Of a stretch of 54,506 bases of DNA, positions 11,953 through 24,179 are shown piece by piece. Source of the stretch: Asterionella formosa (Eukaryota); NCBI GenBank assembly GCA_002256025.1, contig NKIB01013629.1:1-54506 (forward strand), read 5' to 3'. A model generated the notes under the pieces. It ran no database searches, had not been told where the DNA came from, and saw nothing but the letters and a program-made list of their open reading frames with translations. Made by a program: the position numbers and the translations under genes. Numbering within the stretch: the first letter of the stretch is position 1; each line of letters opens with the position of its first letter.

Positions 11953-13240
11953 ATGTCGTCATCTTCTTTCGGTCAAAGGAGACTAGCCATGGTGGGCTTC
12001 CCTTCCTCTCCAAGGCTGCTTGAACATCGTCGTCACTAACCAGAACAACAACAGATTAACTAGAAGAAGAGAAGGAGGATGAAAATGAAAATGAAGATGA
12101 CACTGGTGCTGATGAGTTTGCCATCGATGATGAGGACAGTAGGATGGGTGTCCCAGGTGTTTCTCAGATTGGTGTTTCAGGGTTTACTCAGTCCCCGTCA
12201 AGGAACAACAACGATTTTTCGCCCCCTCCTAGTTCAGTTACAAGAACGGCAACTGCCAGGTGACCACCGAAGTTTCCAAGGCTTCATCAAAGCATGCAGA
12301 TTCGGGTTCAACAGTTCAGGATTAATGAGGTCCTCTGGTTGCTGGACTCCATTTCTTGTCAACTGCCAATTGGGTTTCATGAATGGGAAGCTGTTGCTTC
12401 ACAGAACAACGAGAATTTCCGAGACAAAGAACGAACAAGGCCTTCACTTCGTCAAAAGTTTACACAGCTTCAAAAATTTAAGAAACCTGCTGGGGACTCT
12501 TCATGATGTCTAGCTGAGGTGAGATTCGCCAAGCAAATCTTTCGAAAAATTGATCAACAAGCTAACACATGTGCTGAGATTGACTCCACTGATCTCCTAA
12601 TAGAGAACGAAGACAAGGAGTCCGATGCTGATGAGCCAAATGTTGATGATGAACTTAAAGCAATTTCTGGGGAGAGTGAAGATAATGGTGGAGTAACATC
12701 TGCCACTTATGATAATTCTCTGGTTCAAGATTTCCTAGAACTATAGTTTCTTCTCGGTTTAGAGAAAAGGTAGTGTTGAGCAATATTTGGCCCATTGAGA
12801 AAGTGCTTTCTCTTCTGTCAACACAGTTTTTCACAAGGCTAGTAGAAGTGATACTGATAACCTGCGGCAGCAACAGATTATGATGAAAATGATGATGATG
12901 TCATTCATGGCATCCATTTTGAATCGAGGGGTAGTTCAAACAACGACCTCCACTGCCAGTGCTGAACCCATTCATGGCATCGATGTTGAATTGTGGGGTA
13001 CTTCAAACAACCACCCCCACTGCCAGTGCTGAACCCATTCAGGTAATGATGAATTCAATGATTGCTTCGAACATGAAATCAATGCAGCGAACAATGCAAA
13101 GCCAAAATCTAACCTCAACAGCAGGTTTCAATGCACAACAATCGTTGTCTGCCTCAACTGAATGTCGAACACCAAAAATAACAGAGGTAGCAGTAGTGAC
13201 AATGAATAACCTTAAATTACTTCATCATTATAAAAAATGA
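11953..13240 (+). pseudogene. Harbinger-associated Myb/SANT-like (DUF6818-like) ORF, disrupted
   Basis: EVLWLLDSI..QLPIGFHEWEAVA...RTRPSLRQKFTQL...KKPAGD..C..EVRFAKQI at 12294-12570, followed by acidic and Met-rich tracts. Contains stops and frameshifts. Confidence 0.7.
12903..13041 (+). repeat. Tandem duplication, 2 x 67 bp
   Basis: ATTCATGGCATC...CCACTGCCAGTGCTGAACCC starts at 12903 and again at 12970, with few substitutions. Confidence 0.9.
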
Positions 13241-13299
13241 AAGAAGTGATGGAAAATAATAATGAAAAAATAAATCCCATGAATTTCATGGCATATACA

Positions 13300-14340
13300 C
13301 TATTAGTATTCCTACACAAATATGGCATAAACATTGAAGCAATTTGGTTCTGACCAACTTTTCTAGCACAAAACAAGTTTTAGAGCAATTCAATCATTTG
13401 GAGTATTGATTTTCTTTCACTTTTTTCTTCATACTAACGAAATTTGTCTTTCTTGGAATGATCCCTTAAGGCATTGCATTCCAAATTCCGGCAGGTGTCA
13501 GATTGAGGTGGCTTGGCGATTTACACCAAAACTTTGTAGAGGATTACCATTTGTGACAACATTATTATGGTGTGACTTCAGCATTGCATTTGATTTCTTA
13601 GATGCAAATGCTGAATCCACAACTATTTTTACCTGTATTCCTGTAAACTGTTTCAATTTGATCATAGATCAATGACCAAAGTGCCATGGTGGAGTCACGG
13701 AGAAACCAGGTGCATTGAAATAAGAGCAGCAAAATTTGCCATCAGGCGAAAACTGAAAAAAATTGTCACATGGTGTTCATGAGTCCATCTATTGTAGAAG
13801 TTGTTCTGCTGTGTTTCATTTCCAGCTCGTGCAGGGTCAGTAGTTTCAGAACATTCATTGCTCCCCAACAAATTTTAAGTGGATATTTCTGAGTGATAAT
13901 GTTTGCAAATAGATTAGCTTTGCCTGCAGTAGAGTCTCACAATGGCATCTTCATGTGTCAGTAGCACTTTTACAATCATTTGCTGTGAAAACCTTAACCA
14001 AACACTCAAGGAACCATGAGTTAAGCCGAAAATGATTTGAAGAATCATATAGGAATCGCAACTCCTGGTCCATGCCAACCCAAGTGTAGCCAGACAACTG
14101 ATGGAACAGAGGTATCTTTGCCGACCTTTCTTGGTTGTTGAATTTCTAACAATGAAATCCGTATTTTTTTTACAGGGAGTAAAGGAATGAAAACAAGACT
14201 TGAATAGATCTAATAAACAGTCAAACTTTCCCTGAAAAATGTCATCAGCATCAGGAGATGAGAGGAAAGTCAACATGGCCAGTGACTGATGGTGGTGAAT
14301 AAATGGAACTCCTGCATATAATGAACAAGAGGATGCATCA
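13300..14340 (-). mobile_element. PIF/Harbinger transposase (DDE_Tnp_4-like) pseudogene
   Basis: GRQR..CL..LGLAWTR...LQIIFG..SVWLRF; QNNFYNRWTHEHHV..FSPDG..NAPG; KIVVDSAF; ATS..EFGMQCLKGSF. Frameshifted, and convergent with the Myb-like ORF. Confidence 0.85.
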
Positions 14341-14963
14341 ATATGAAAATTTAACTGTTGAAAATTGTTGTTTCATATATATTTGATGTCACATAAGTAC
14401 TCTAAAATATCTCAATTTTCAAAGCACAACAATGATATTGTCTATCAAATTGCCAAAATAATTTGTGATGTATAATACATGCATGATGTAACAATTTTTC
14501 ATTATCAGCGCGCAGGGGTATACTATTTAATCATACTACCGGTATACATCATTTTGTCGTTAAAAACTGGTTTCAGAATCAACATTATGCATGATTGCTA
14601 CAGTCCAGCAAGTTGCGGTCATTTTGCTTCAATCGACAATTTAATCTGGGATAGAGATAGCTAAATCTTCAGTTCAGCAAAATTACGGCAACTTGCTGTT
14701 TTAGTAACTTTATGTACAGGGGTATACTGTCATTATAATTATGCATCATTTGTACATACGTTTTCGAATCTCCAATCATAAAATTGTAGCGAGCTTTCAT
14801 ACAGCCAAAGTTGTATCATATTTGTTTAGAAAGCGAACATCCACACCCTTTACACGCCAATTCCATTTTACATCCAATAGGATCGAATCTAAAGAAGCAC
14901 AAACTGTTTCAAAGGAGCGATTTAGTGCTCGATAAAGCAAGAATATCAACGCAAATCGAAGTA

Positions 14964-16811
14964 ATGTCAAGCACCACAATGAAAACCAAGCCGCACATTC
15001 CAATGACTATCCCCAACCCTTCCAATTCTAGCAACACAACAAAAGTAAAGCCTTCAAAGCACTGGAGATCGGCGGGATGGACTCCCCTGGTCTATCCAGC
15101 CTCTGCACTCATTGCAAACGCGAAAGTCGGTGGAATTGCAAAAGTCAACGATAGCGCGAAAATCAATCTTTTCTTTCCCCTTCACGAAGCTGTGCTACAA
15201 GCTGCTGCTCGAGAGCTTTTGATTCTTGAGGGTAGCATCGAATGCAAGACCCTGAAGCTCTCTTCGAAGGTAGCTGTATTTCGAAAGTCTTTACCATACC
15301 TTCACAAGTCGGGCAGCACTCAGTCAGAAAACACAGCCATCGGCCCTTGTTATTTAAAGCACGTTCACTTTGAAAAAAACATCTATCAACATTTTGATGG
15401 AGAATTCCTAATGGAACAATCGAAGGGCACCAGGAAGCGAAATATAAGCATCTCATCGCAACTCCCAAGTCTTAAGACGCTTAAGGGAACGACAGATGTA
15501 AAACACACGGTGGTACGCTTCGATGAGGAAAAAAGTAGCTTCAATATTACAGAAGAGACAATTGAAGGCGATAAACTCGAGTGCGCTGAAGCTTTGGTTA
15601 ACATCATGGTTCGGCGAGCTCTTCATTTTGAGCTCGGCGGACGAGCTACCGATGAATCGAAAGTAAAATTTCAAGGAAAGGAAGAACGAAGAAATCGAAG
15701 CCAGAGACCACCAAGAAAAGTTTCTGATGCTGATAGTGAATGTGCTGCATTGGCTCAAGTGGCTGCGACCACTGAAAACGAAATCTCTCAGTTCTTTGAT
15801 ATCAACGCGAGAATCGTCGAGTTTCGTAGGAACGAGATTCCACTTATGGTAGATGTTTCCATTGCTACAGAACAACAATTGAGAAAGATTGCCTTTGAGA
15901 TGGTTTCAAAGATGACCAAGTCATTGGGCAAGGAAACTCTTAGGCTTTTTCTTGGTTACAGAGCAAGCTCTGTGAAACATGAGAAAGTCCTTTCCGTATT
16001 ATCTGATTTTCTTTACGACGTTTCGCATGCATTTTTTGCCTGGAACCAAACGGAGCAGGAGCTGCTTACTACGCTCAAGTCAAACTCGCACACTCCTTAC
16101 AGCCGCGAAATGGATTCGATTGTGAAGAACTCTCTTTTTGATCATCGCGCTTTGAAGAAAATAGGAGGCTTCGGCGATTGCAGTCTACTTCGTCATGCCC
16201 TGTCCATTGCCAGATGTAGCTGCAAAGGGGAAACATGGGAAACGTTTGCAAATTCTCAGGATGGACAGAAACTGCTTGCTCATCATGCTGAAGGAAAGGC
16301 GTTTTTGGCTGGTCAAAAGAGGCGTGCCCATCGAGCGAAACACAGGGATATTCCCAGTTCCGCAGAAAATTCCGAAGAAGGTGGACTGCGTTCTCGCTCG
16401 TCGTCTATCGCTTCATTTGACGACGTAGATAGCACAATTGAGCAAAAGCAGCGTAGTGAATTTGAGGAATTGCTCGATTTTTCAGAAACCAGACTCATCA
16501 ATCTCCCCAAAATTTTGCATTTGACCTTAAAAAAGGAAACTTACGGGGAAGCTTGGGGCGTACTTCTTGCTAGAGAAGGAGACATGTGCCTTGTTGACCG
16601 AGCCCCGAAAAAGGCGACCTGCAAAGCTGCTATGCTGATCATTCGTCAGGGTGATATGATTTTGTCAGTGGAGAACGAACGTGGTGAATCGGCTTCGCCG
16701 CCTTCTTCAATCAAACCAAGCGAGAGGAAGCCACACCCTGACTGGTTCCGCGAAATCGTGACTTTGTTCAAGACTAGTAGTGAGCTTCACTTGGTCATTC
16801 GCCGTGTTTGA
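14964..16811 (+). CDS. Uncharacterised ~615-aa protein with C-terminal PDZ-like domain
   Basis: Long intronless ORF with gene-like composition. The C-terminus LTLKK...WGVLL...IRQGDMILSV...LHLVIRR fits a PDZ fold. First ATG of the ORF is at 14964. Confidence 0.75.
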   Translation: MSSTTMKTKPHIPMTIPNPSNSSNTTKVKPSKHWRSAGWTPLVYPASALIANAKVGGIAKVNDSAKINLFFPLHEAVLQAAARELLILEGSIECKTLKLSSKVAVFRKSLPYLHKSGSTQSENTAIGPCYLKHVHFEKNIYQHFDGEFLMEQSKGTRKRNISISSQLPSLKTLKGTTDVKHTVVRFDEEKSSFNITEETIEGDKLECAEALVNIMVRRALHFELGGRATDESKVKFQGKEERRNRSQRPPRKVSDADSECAALAQVAATTENEISQFFDINARIVEFRRNEIPLMVDVSIATEQQLRKIAFEMVSKMTKSLGKETLRLFLGYRASSVKHEKVLSVLSDFLYDVSHAFFAWNQTEQELLTTLKSNSHTPYSREMDSIVKNSLFDHRALKKIGGFGDCSLLRHALSIARCSCKGETWETFANSQDGQKLLAHHAEGKAFLAGQKRRAHRAKHRDIPSSAENSEEGGLRSRSSSIASFDDVDSTIEQKQRSEFEELLDFSETRLINLPKILHLTLKKETYGEAWGVLLAREGDMCLVDRAPKKATCKAAMLIIRQGDMILSVENERGESASPPSSIKPSERKPHPDWFREIVTLFKTSSELHLVIRRV

Positions 16812-16980
16812 GGAGACAGCGAAATTCGTATACGTGCCTTCAAGCGAATATCAAAAGGCATTGAGAGTAGAAAAATTCAAAATGTTCGCTCACTCCTATT
16901 GTTGATTACAATGTAATCATAATCAAACAAAGCTCCGACAATAAATATTGTAGAAGCTGTTTCGCGAAGTCATGAGCTGC

Positions 16981-18225
16981 TTATTGAAGGGAAAATATCT
17001 TGGTATTGCATAGATAGGGAGAATTAAAGTCAGTCATATCACCCGTATTGCTTCCAGGAACAGGGAAAACCCTACAGCTCAAACTCTTGTTCCATCGTCC
17101 AGCCAGAGCAGCAACATCCAGAATCAACGATGACAACTCAGCTTCGCTGCAGTCTCCAGGAATCGGTACAGTGTCGACGCCAACGCCACAAACGCTGCTG
17201 ATGCTTAGTATGTTTGACATTTGAAGCCTTTGCCAATCGAAACTTGCAATTTGTGCTAGTCTGCGGTCTTCACAGATTGGCAACATTAGCCCACAATACC
17301 CAACGCTTTTAATACCTGCAAGCGATTGTAGTGTCGTTGTGATGGCTGCAGCTGCGGCAAGAGTTCCAGGACCACCAAAAACGCCTCTGACTTCCTCCAA
17401 GCATTCTATAGCTTCGGCCACAGAACCGCCCTCATCTAGAGAAGGGTTCAAGCTGGTGTCAATACCAAAGAACGAGATCATCTCAAAAAGTGCAACTCGT
17501 TCTGCAATGGCTTGTACAGGAGCAAGAACAGCAGTGATACCTTCACCAAAGGTGGTTCTAATATTTTCAATTGATCTACTTTTCGCCAGCAGATCCTGCG
17601 CTAGCGCTCCGTTCTCGAGACCAATTGCAAACCCAACAAGCCCCTCCCCGAGGCTTTTGCATGATTTGGCCACTGGGAAAAACGGAATGCAGGGCTTGCA
17701 TGAGGCAGCAGCACAAAATCGAAAGTTTCCAAGCCCTCCTCTCAAAAACTCAGGTTCATCCATTTTGGATATCTGAATGATACAAAGAGCAATTTCCTTT
17801 GCGTTTTCTATTCCAGTTGGGATTGCATTCGCCGAGCAACTGAACCTAAGAGAAGCAGCAATAATAGTTGGGCATAATCTAACCTCATCAACATTGCAGG
17901 CGGGTCCGAGAGCACAAAACTGGACACCAATTGTTTCAAGCACAGCATCAAGTTCTGCAAGTTGATCCATTAATGTATCGTGCATCAGCCACTCACCGAA
18001 TGGGTTTGTAGCAATTCTGACAGTCTGAACTTCATAACTATTGTTCTTGAGTTCATGTTCCACAGAGCGGATCAATCGGTTTGCAGAATCAAACGTTGCC
18101 CGAAGACAATCCTTGTCAGAAAAGTCGCTTGCCTTGAGGTTTACGAATGCGGTAACGGTGCGAATCCGAAATCTCTTGTTGTTGCTGTTGCTGTATTCAT
18201 TCTGCGATGTAAATGTCATGGTCAT
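16981..18225 (-). CDS. DUF711 / UPF0210 (PFL-like barrel) family protein
   Basis: RIRTVTAF, QTVRIATNPF, GIDTSLNPS, VGYCGLMLPICEDRRLA, SVCGVGVDTVPIPGD and LSCRVFPVPG motifs; intronless. Confidence 0.85.
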   Translation of the reverse strand: MTMTFTSQNEYSNSNNKRFRIRTVTAFVNLKASDFSDKDCLRATFDSANRLIRSVEHELKNNSYEVQTVRIATNPFGEWLMHDTLMDQLAELDAVLETIGVQFCALGPACNVDEVRLCPTIIAASLRFSCSANAIPTGIENAKEIALCIIQISKMDEPEFLRGGLGNFRFCAAASCKPCIPFFPVAKSCKSLGEGLVGFAIGLENGALAQDLLAKSRSIENIRTTFGEGITAVLAPVQAIAERVALFEMISFFGIDTSLNPSLDEGGSVAEAIECLEEVRGVFGGPGTLAAAAAITTTLQSLAGIKSVGYCGLMLPICEDRRLAQIASFDWQRLQMSNILSISSVCGVGVDTVPIPGDCSEAELSSLILDVAALAGRWNKSLSCRVFPVPGSNTGDMTDFNSPYLCNTKIFSLQ

Positions 18226-20034
18226 GCATGGATTAATCAAGCGCTTGTGAACAAGATTTTATAAGACCGACAAATAAGGAAACAGTTTTGCGGTGAAGGC
18301 GGTGTGCCAGAATGTGAAACAGTTGTTGTCGTTCACTGATGACACTCGTTTTACATTGCTTCCTATTATTGTAATATGTATCTACAATAAAATATTATCA
18401 TAGGCAGGAATTCAAATTTAAAATATAGAGAGGTAAAAGAAGTTGAATCTATTTTCAAAGATCGAGTGGCTGTCTGATGACGTTCTTGGGCTGATGAGCG
18501 ATGGACTGATAGAATGCTTGAATGTATTTGTACCGCCGTGGAAAGAAAGCGTGGAAAAATGGTGTTATGTAGTAGATTCTACTACATTTTCGGGGAGAAA
18601 TTCCTCCCCTTTCTTCCCGCTCCTCACGTTTGCCATGAGAGGCAAACAACAACAGGCACTTGGTAGAATCAGGCGGATAGCTGGCATTCAATGATCTACG
18701 GTGTGTTGAAGCTGATGCCAAACAATCATCAACGACATGTACATAATCGTTTTCAGCAACCAAAAAGGGAGGCCTGAGAGGTTTAGCTATTAAAAATCAT
18801 ATTGACATAAATATATATATATAAAGAGTCTTCTATGCAGTATAATTCACACATTCTCAAACAGAAGAAAAGCCAGTTGGTTCAAGCAACCAATAATCGA
18901 GAAAAATTCAACAACAAACAACAAGACAAATTTGGGCATGAATTGGCTTTTGCCCATTGAGCACAGCAGCAATACTAGATGTGCTGATGTGTGTACAATT
19001 TAATTTAATTCAATTTAGAATGTGGAATTTTATGATTGCCTAGATTCAATATAAACATGAAAAGAATGTATAATAATGATGTTGAAACCAATTAGCAAAT
19101 ACTTTTCCGCTGGAATTCGATTTGGCTGGAACTATCTTAGGGGGAAACTAATTCCCACAATCAAAAGTTTGTTGGGGTATTTTACCGGAGCAAGATTCCA
19201 TTAGTAGGTTCAGAGGCGCAGATAGAATATGATTACCAACAGCCAATTGGTGTGGTGCATATTATGCAACAACTAAAAATGTACGGGAATATAAGAATTT
19301 GTATTCATTTAGAATATATGTAGTCTCTAGGTTCCATAAATACATATCTACTATGTACACTGGTGAGCTGATATTATAATATGATTTGTTGTTCTCCATA
19401 TAGTATATATTCTTGGATTATGTTTACCAGTACCAGTAGTAACAGCGACACCATGCCTATTATACAAAGAGAAAACTCGAATTCGAGAGTTTGTCTTTGG
19501 TACAAGGTAGTTTTTGTCCACACTACTGAATTGTGGAATTTTGAATCTAAATGTAGGTGTCCATCACACTTTATTTTGTAAACTTGGTGCTAAAAAGGAA
19601 CAAAATGGACCAATATCTGCTCGGAATTAAGGTGTGGACAACTCCAATATGTCTTGCTGCAGTATGGACAAACACCATAGCACCATTGTTCACTACACAA
19701 GTGATTCATTTCAGATGACAACCACAATCAATTTTGATTGTAACCTTCGAGGATGAAAGTCAATTTGATGTCTTGCTCAACTAAAAATTGCTAAATTGTT
19801 GTACTCTACATATCTATCAGTGTAATAATCCCACCCTCTTGAAGACATAGTGCCAGATGTAGACTACTCCCTCCCTGGTAGCTAACACATAGTAAATTTC
19901 GCATCAACTAAAAGTAATTGCGAAGTTTGCATAGCTTTTCCTTTCTGAAAAATACAGCTGTCATCATAGGTCTATGGGATTTAAAAGATGATTGGAATTT
20001 GAACAATCACAATAACTTTTTTAGATTTTTTTCA

Positions 20035-21849
20035 TTAGACTAAACCTTGCAATACTGCTTCCATTGAATGGATAACACAACAATCAATACATCGATAGAC
20101 ACCCATGGAGCATTTACAGCAAGTCCGGGTTTTCTTTTTGCATCCAACACAAGTACTTTGGGGGTTGGAGCTGTCAGCATCGACAACAACAGAACCAAAA
20201 AATTTCTTTCCCGTGGGCAAACGATATACACCATGCTTGGCAATTCTTGCTGACCCTGCTGTCGATTGAGGCGACTCATTTTCTGTTCTTGATCGTTTGG
20301 TGCAAGGCTCATTGTTGTCAACACATGCATAATTCCTCAAATGTGATAACAAGTCTCCATACGGAGGGTCTGGAAATGAGAGATCAGTACAATCAATCAC
20401 ACTGTCTGTAGTATCATCGATACTAAACAAACATGCCTTTTCGAACAGATCATTCATGGCTTTTTTCACCATGACGCGTCGCTTTTCATTGTAGCCCCAA
20501 ATGAGTTCCAACGCTTTCCATGCTGGTTCTGAATGCAGAAGGAGGTATGTGTTTTCAGGATTTTGCTGGTAGGAGTAAGCACCAATGCTACATGAGCATG
20601 CCAGGCGGCATGCGACAAGTAGATGAAGATGCTTGAGCTCTATTTTCTCTAATGGATAAACAGAAACAAATCCTCGGAGAAAGGCAGCACCAGATGCGAA
20701 CGCTCTCCCAGCTTTACCGTGTACAGACAGCATGGTGTATGCCATTGCCACGGAACAGTCGAGAACTCTCCAGCTAATTTCACGAGTTAGTAAAGAATCA
20801 AATGTCAAGCAAAAAGGTTGAATTGACTGCACGAAAGGTTCACTCCTTCTGAGAGGAAAATAAGAGCCATGATAGTGACAGTTCGGGTGATTTAATTCCG
20901 ATGATTGCTCTCACAGATCGTTATGAGGTTCACAATTTCTAACGATTCAAGGGATTTTTCAATCGATCATGGAAGATTCTAGATTATACAGAGGATATGA
21001 AGACGAAGGAAAGTATAATTTTGGGACGTACCTTGAGACTGAATCCCCAAAGTCAATTGCACCGCATATCTGAAAGTCCTTGTCCATCAAGATGTTAGCA
21101 TCATTGAAATCTCCTTGAATAATTCCCGACCTAAACTTCCCCGCATCCCCGGAATCTATAACTTCTTGCTGAAACGTATCTATAACACTATTCACCATTT
21201 TCCTCCTTCGCTCATCTTTAATGTGTTGAACGAAAGGTCGAATATCAGCAGTATTCTTGCCATCCCAAGCATGAAAGCGTGTTGCAGCTGGGTCATTGAG
21301 TTCATCCAGAGCCAGGTCCATACGTCCCAAGAAACGTCCTGCATCTGCTATACACTCCAGTGGGAGTACACGACGAGAGCACATGGTGTTTCCTTCAATC
21401 CAGCTGAGCAAACGAACCACTAAATAGCAAGGAGAGTGCCTTTTGGAGACAACTGTGAAGGCTTGCACATCGGCTGGCATGTTGTACTTCTTGTTTAATT
21501 GTGGATCGTTGGTTGGAATGCCTTTTACGTTCAAGTGAGACATGATGTTATTCTGTAGGTGAATCACAGACGAACACTTGCTATATTCGAGTCCTTCTGC
21601 TTGCCATTGGTCAATGAAATCTTTGCTTTCGACACCATTGTGAACTTTGCAAAGAAAGAAAGTATCGTCAATTTTCACGAGATAGTTCACATCATCATAC
21701 GAGTCGAGTTGTTTGATTATATCGACCTTTTTGCCTGGTGCAAAATTAGCTTCAAGCGTTTCAAGCAATTGATTGACATCATCCGTGGAAAGGTCAGGCT
21801 TCAAAAGCTTTCGAAGCTCTTCATCGGAGTCTTCCATATTCTTCGTCAT
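20035..21849 (-). CDS. Aminoglycoside-phosphotransferase / hydroxylysine-kinase-like protein; exons 21849-21032 and 20773-20035
   Basis: LDSYDDVNY, VRLLSWIEG, IIQGDFNDANIL and AIDFGD motifs. GT-AG intron 20774-21031 with a CTAAC branch point. The last ~70 aa look transposon-derived. Confidence 0.85.
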
Positions 21850-22812
21850 GACGGTTTTCTGCGCTCAGTGAATCGTAATTCGGCCAATGCCATACAACGA
21901 GACTGTGTGTTCTCTTGGTCTACTGAGAAGAGTGTATAGGTAGCAGAGATGAGTCTGTCATTCAGTTTACAGCGTGAACACATCAAAAAATAAAACGATC
22001 ATGCTGGCATGTTTGTGTCTACATACCACCATCATTTTAGTACATGCTGGTAGCTGCTCGGCTTAACCCTGGTTCGGAGAAAATATCACTAGTAGGGTTG
22101 TAAAAACGACGTGGAACAGGGAGTTTCCTACTATGAATTCTCATGATTCGAGTGTCAATTTGAATATTTGAATTAAATCGGAATCGGGGCCAGATTGAAA
22201 GAGTTCCATTTTTAAAAATTATTATATTTAAACGTTTATACTTTTCTACGTTGCTGGATGTAGACATAATTTTGCTCAATGTCAAAACAGATGCCGGTAT
22301 ATAAATTCGGAGTATGCCAACATGTATGCTCATGGCTCTTGTTTATACCTTGATAATGAATCTAAGTTGCTGTATGTAGTTTCAATATCACTCCACGCAA
22401 AAAGGTATATACCGGTATGTAAATCAGTGCCGGAGTCCCAGAGTAACGGTATTTCGTTACTCGGAGCACCAGGTAGTACATAATCTTGGTTCATCGTGAT
22501 GGAGGACAGGATGTGCTACCGGTAGTACCGGTACTGATTTTACCAACCAGTATTCAGTTCATCTAATATGTGTGGCTCAAGTGTGGCTGGCGAGATTTTA
22601 CAAGACCGAGATACTTCAGCGAATCTGAGGCAGCTGAATAAATTCAATTCAACCAATCAGAATATGTGTAGTGACGTGGGAAATTACTCTGGAGTCTTTT
22701 CGAACTGAGAATTATTCAGCGAAACATACCTACGCAAGACTCCATGTGTACGAGAACGTTTTTGCACGTACAAATTCTCACTCTAATATTTTGGCGACTG
22801 TTAAAGCCGATC

Positions 22813-23066
22813 GGGTCGACTTTTTGGAGGAGGATTGCTCTACATCTACGGGGTTTCATGAAGAATGAAATAGATAGCCGTGTACCCTATAACGTCAGGA
22901 TTTAACTTCTGCAGAGAAGTGGCAGTTATCCCTCGTAGATTTTTTTAAAAGCGTCATGGCCCCCTTTTTTGACTATTTTTTGGATAGTTACGATTCCAAG
23001 AGGGATAACTGCCACTTCTCTCCAGAAATGAGGTCCTTGGTATAGATCATACCCCTAAGTCGACCC
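22813..23066. repeat. Nested inverted repeats (MITE-like or fold-back element)
   Basis: 28-bp inverted repeat with 1 mismatch at 22907-22934 and 23000-23027. Outer 10-bp pair GGGTCGACTT / AAGTCGACCC at 22813 and 23057. Confidence 0.75.
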
Positions 23067-24179
23067 ATGACTTTATCTACCGGTAAGCATATGCAAAGTG
23101 GTCGTATTGGTGAAAGCTAATTTTACCTTCAACTATTTTATTTAGTAGCTCGTACATTGTGGATTGAAGAACATAATAAAATTATTTTGGAAAAAAAAGA
23201 CCTCGTGATGTGTAACTGCGGGGCCGCGACCTTAGGGATATACTGGTAAAATAAGACTGGTACCAGGTACCAGTACCGGTAATAGTGGTAGTCTCTACAG
23301 TATATAAAATCTTCATGGATGATGACAACGTGTCTACCGGTACTATTTACTACTGCATCTACCGGTATGCTCCCTATTATTCTGTTCAACTGATGTACCT
23401 GATAATTATCATGTCAACAACACAATCAACAACACGGCCCGCTATGGGGAGCTGCGTGGACTGCTGAATGCTGCCAACAATGGTATCTCATGTGAGCAAC
23501 ATGAATGCGGTTATGGCTGATGATGTGATCAGGTTCAAGCTGGCTGTTGTGGAGGATATACCAGGCAAGCCATTGGAGATGATCAAGGCTGTCCACATCA
23601 AGGCCGGCACCGAACTTTGCACTGTTGGGATTCTGGGAAGAGGAGTTGCAGCACTGCCTTCGCACAGGATCGATTATATTGACAAGTTTGTACAGGTGCT
23701 AGAACTTTATGACAACCACGAAAATTTTATGATGAGACAGAAGAGCAAGGGGAATGCTGGAATGGCTTCATTCCACTTGATGGAGGCTATTTAAGGGCAG
23801 GAGTAGATTCTTTTGCAGTAGTCTTAAATAACAAAGCTATAGAAATTCTTTTCATACAATATAGTGTAACATTGCTTGTAGAACCGTAAATAGAGTCTAG
23901 AATCACTTGCTTTAGCTTGTTTAGTGATTCACGTCAACTATACTTCTACAAGCTTCAACACGAACACTCGAATCGAAAATTACGAATTGAGCCAGTTAAC
24001 ATTGACGCTATGGAATTGCTTCTACAAATCAATAATATAAGAATACAGCATGCTTAACCAGACTATAAAAATAAATTTCTAGTCATATGCTACACTTTTG
24101 AACTAATATAGAGTCATCAATCACTTGCAACATAACCAACTGAATTCAAGCTGTTCCAAATTGTTGATTGTAAAACCCT

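Noticed and set aside
17339..17776. Antisense and alternative-frame ORFs overlapping real genes (here and throughout)
   Set aside because: Shadow ORFs of the true coding strand with no independent motifs.
22063..22475. piggyBac-type MITE starting TTAACCCT
   Set aside because: No matching AGGGTTAA end. Similarity to the putative right end near 22460-22474 is weak; only an 8-bp hairpin at 22441-22462 is clear.
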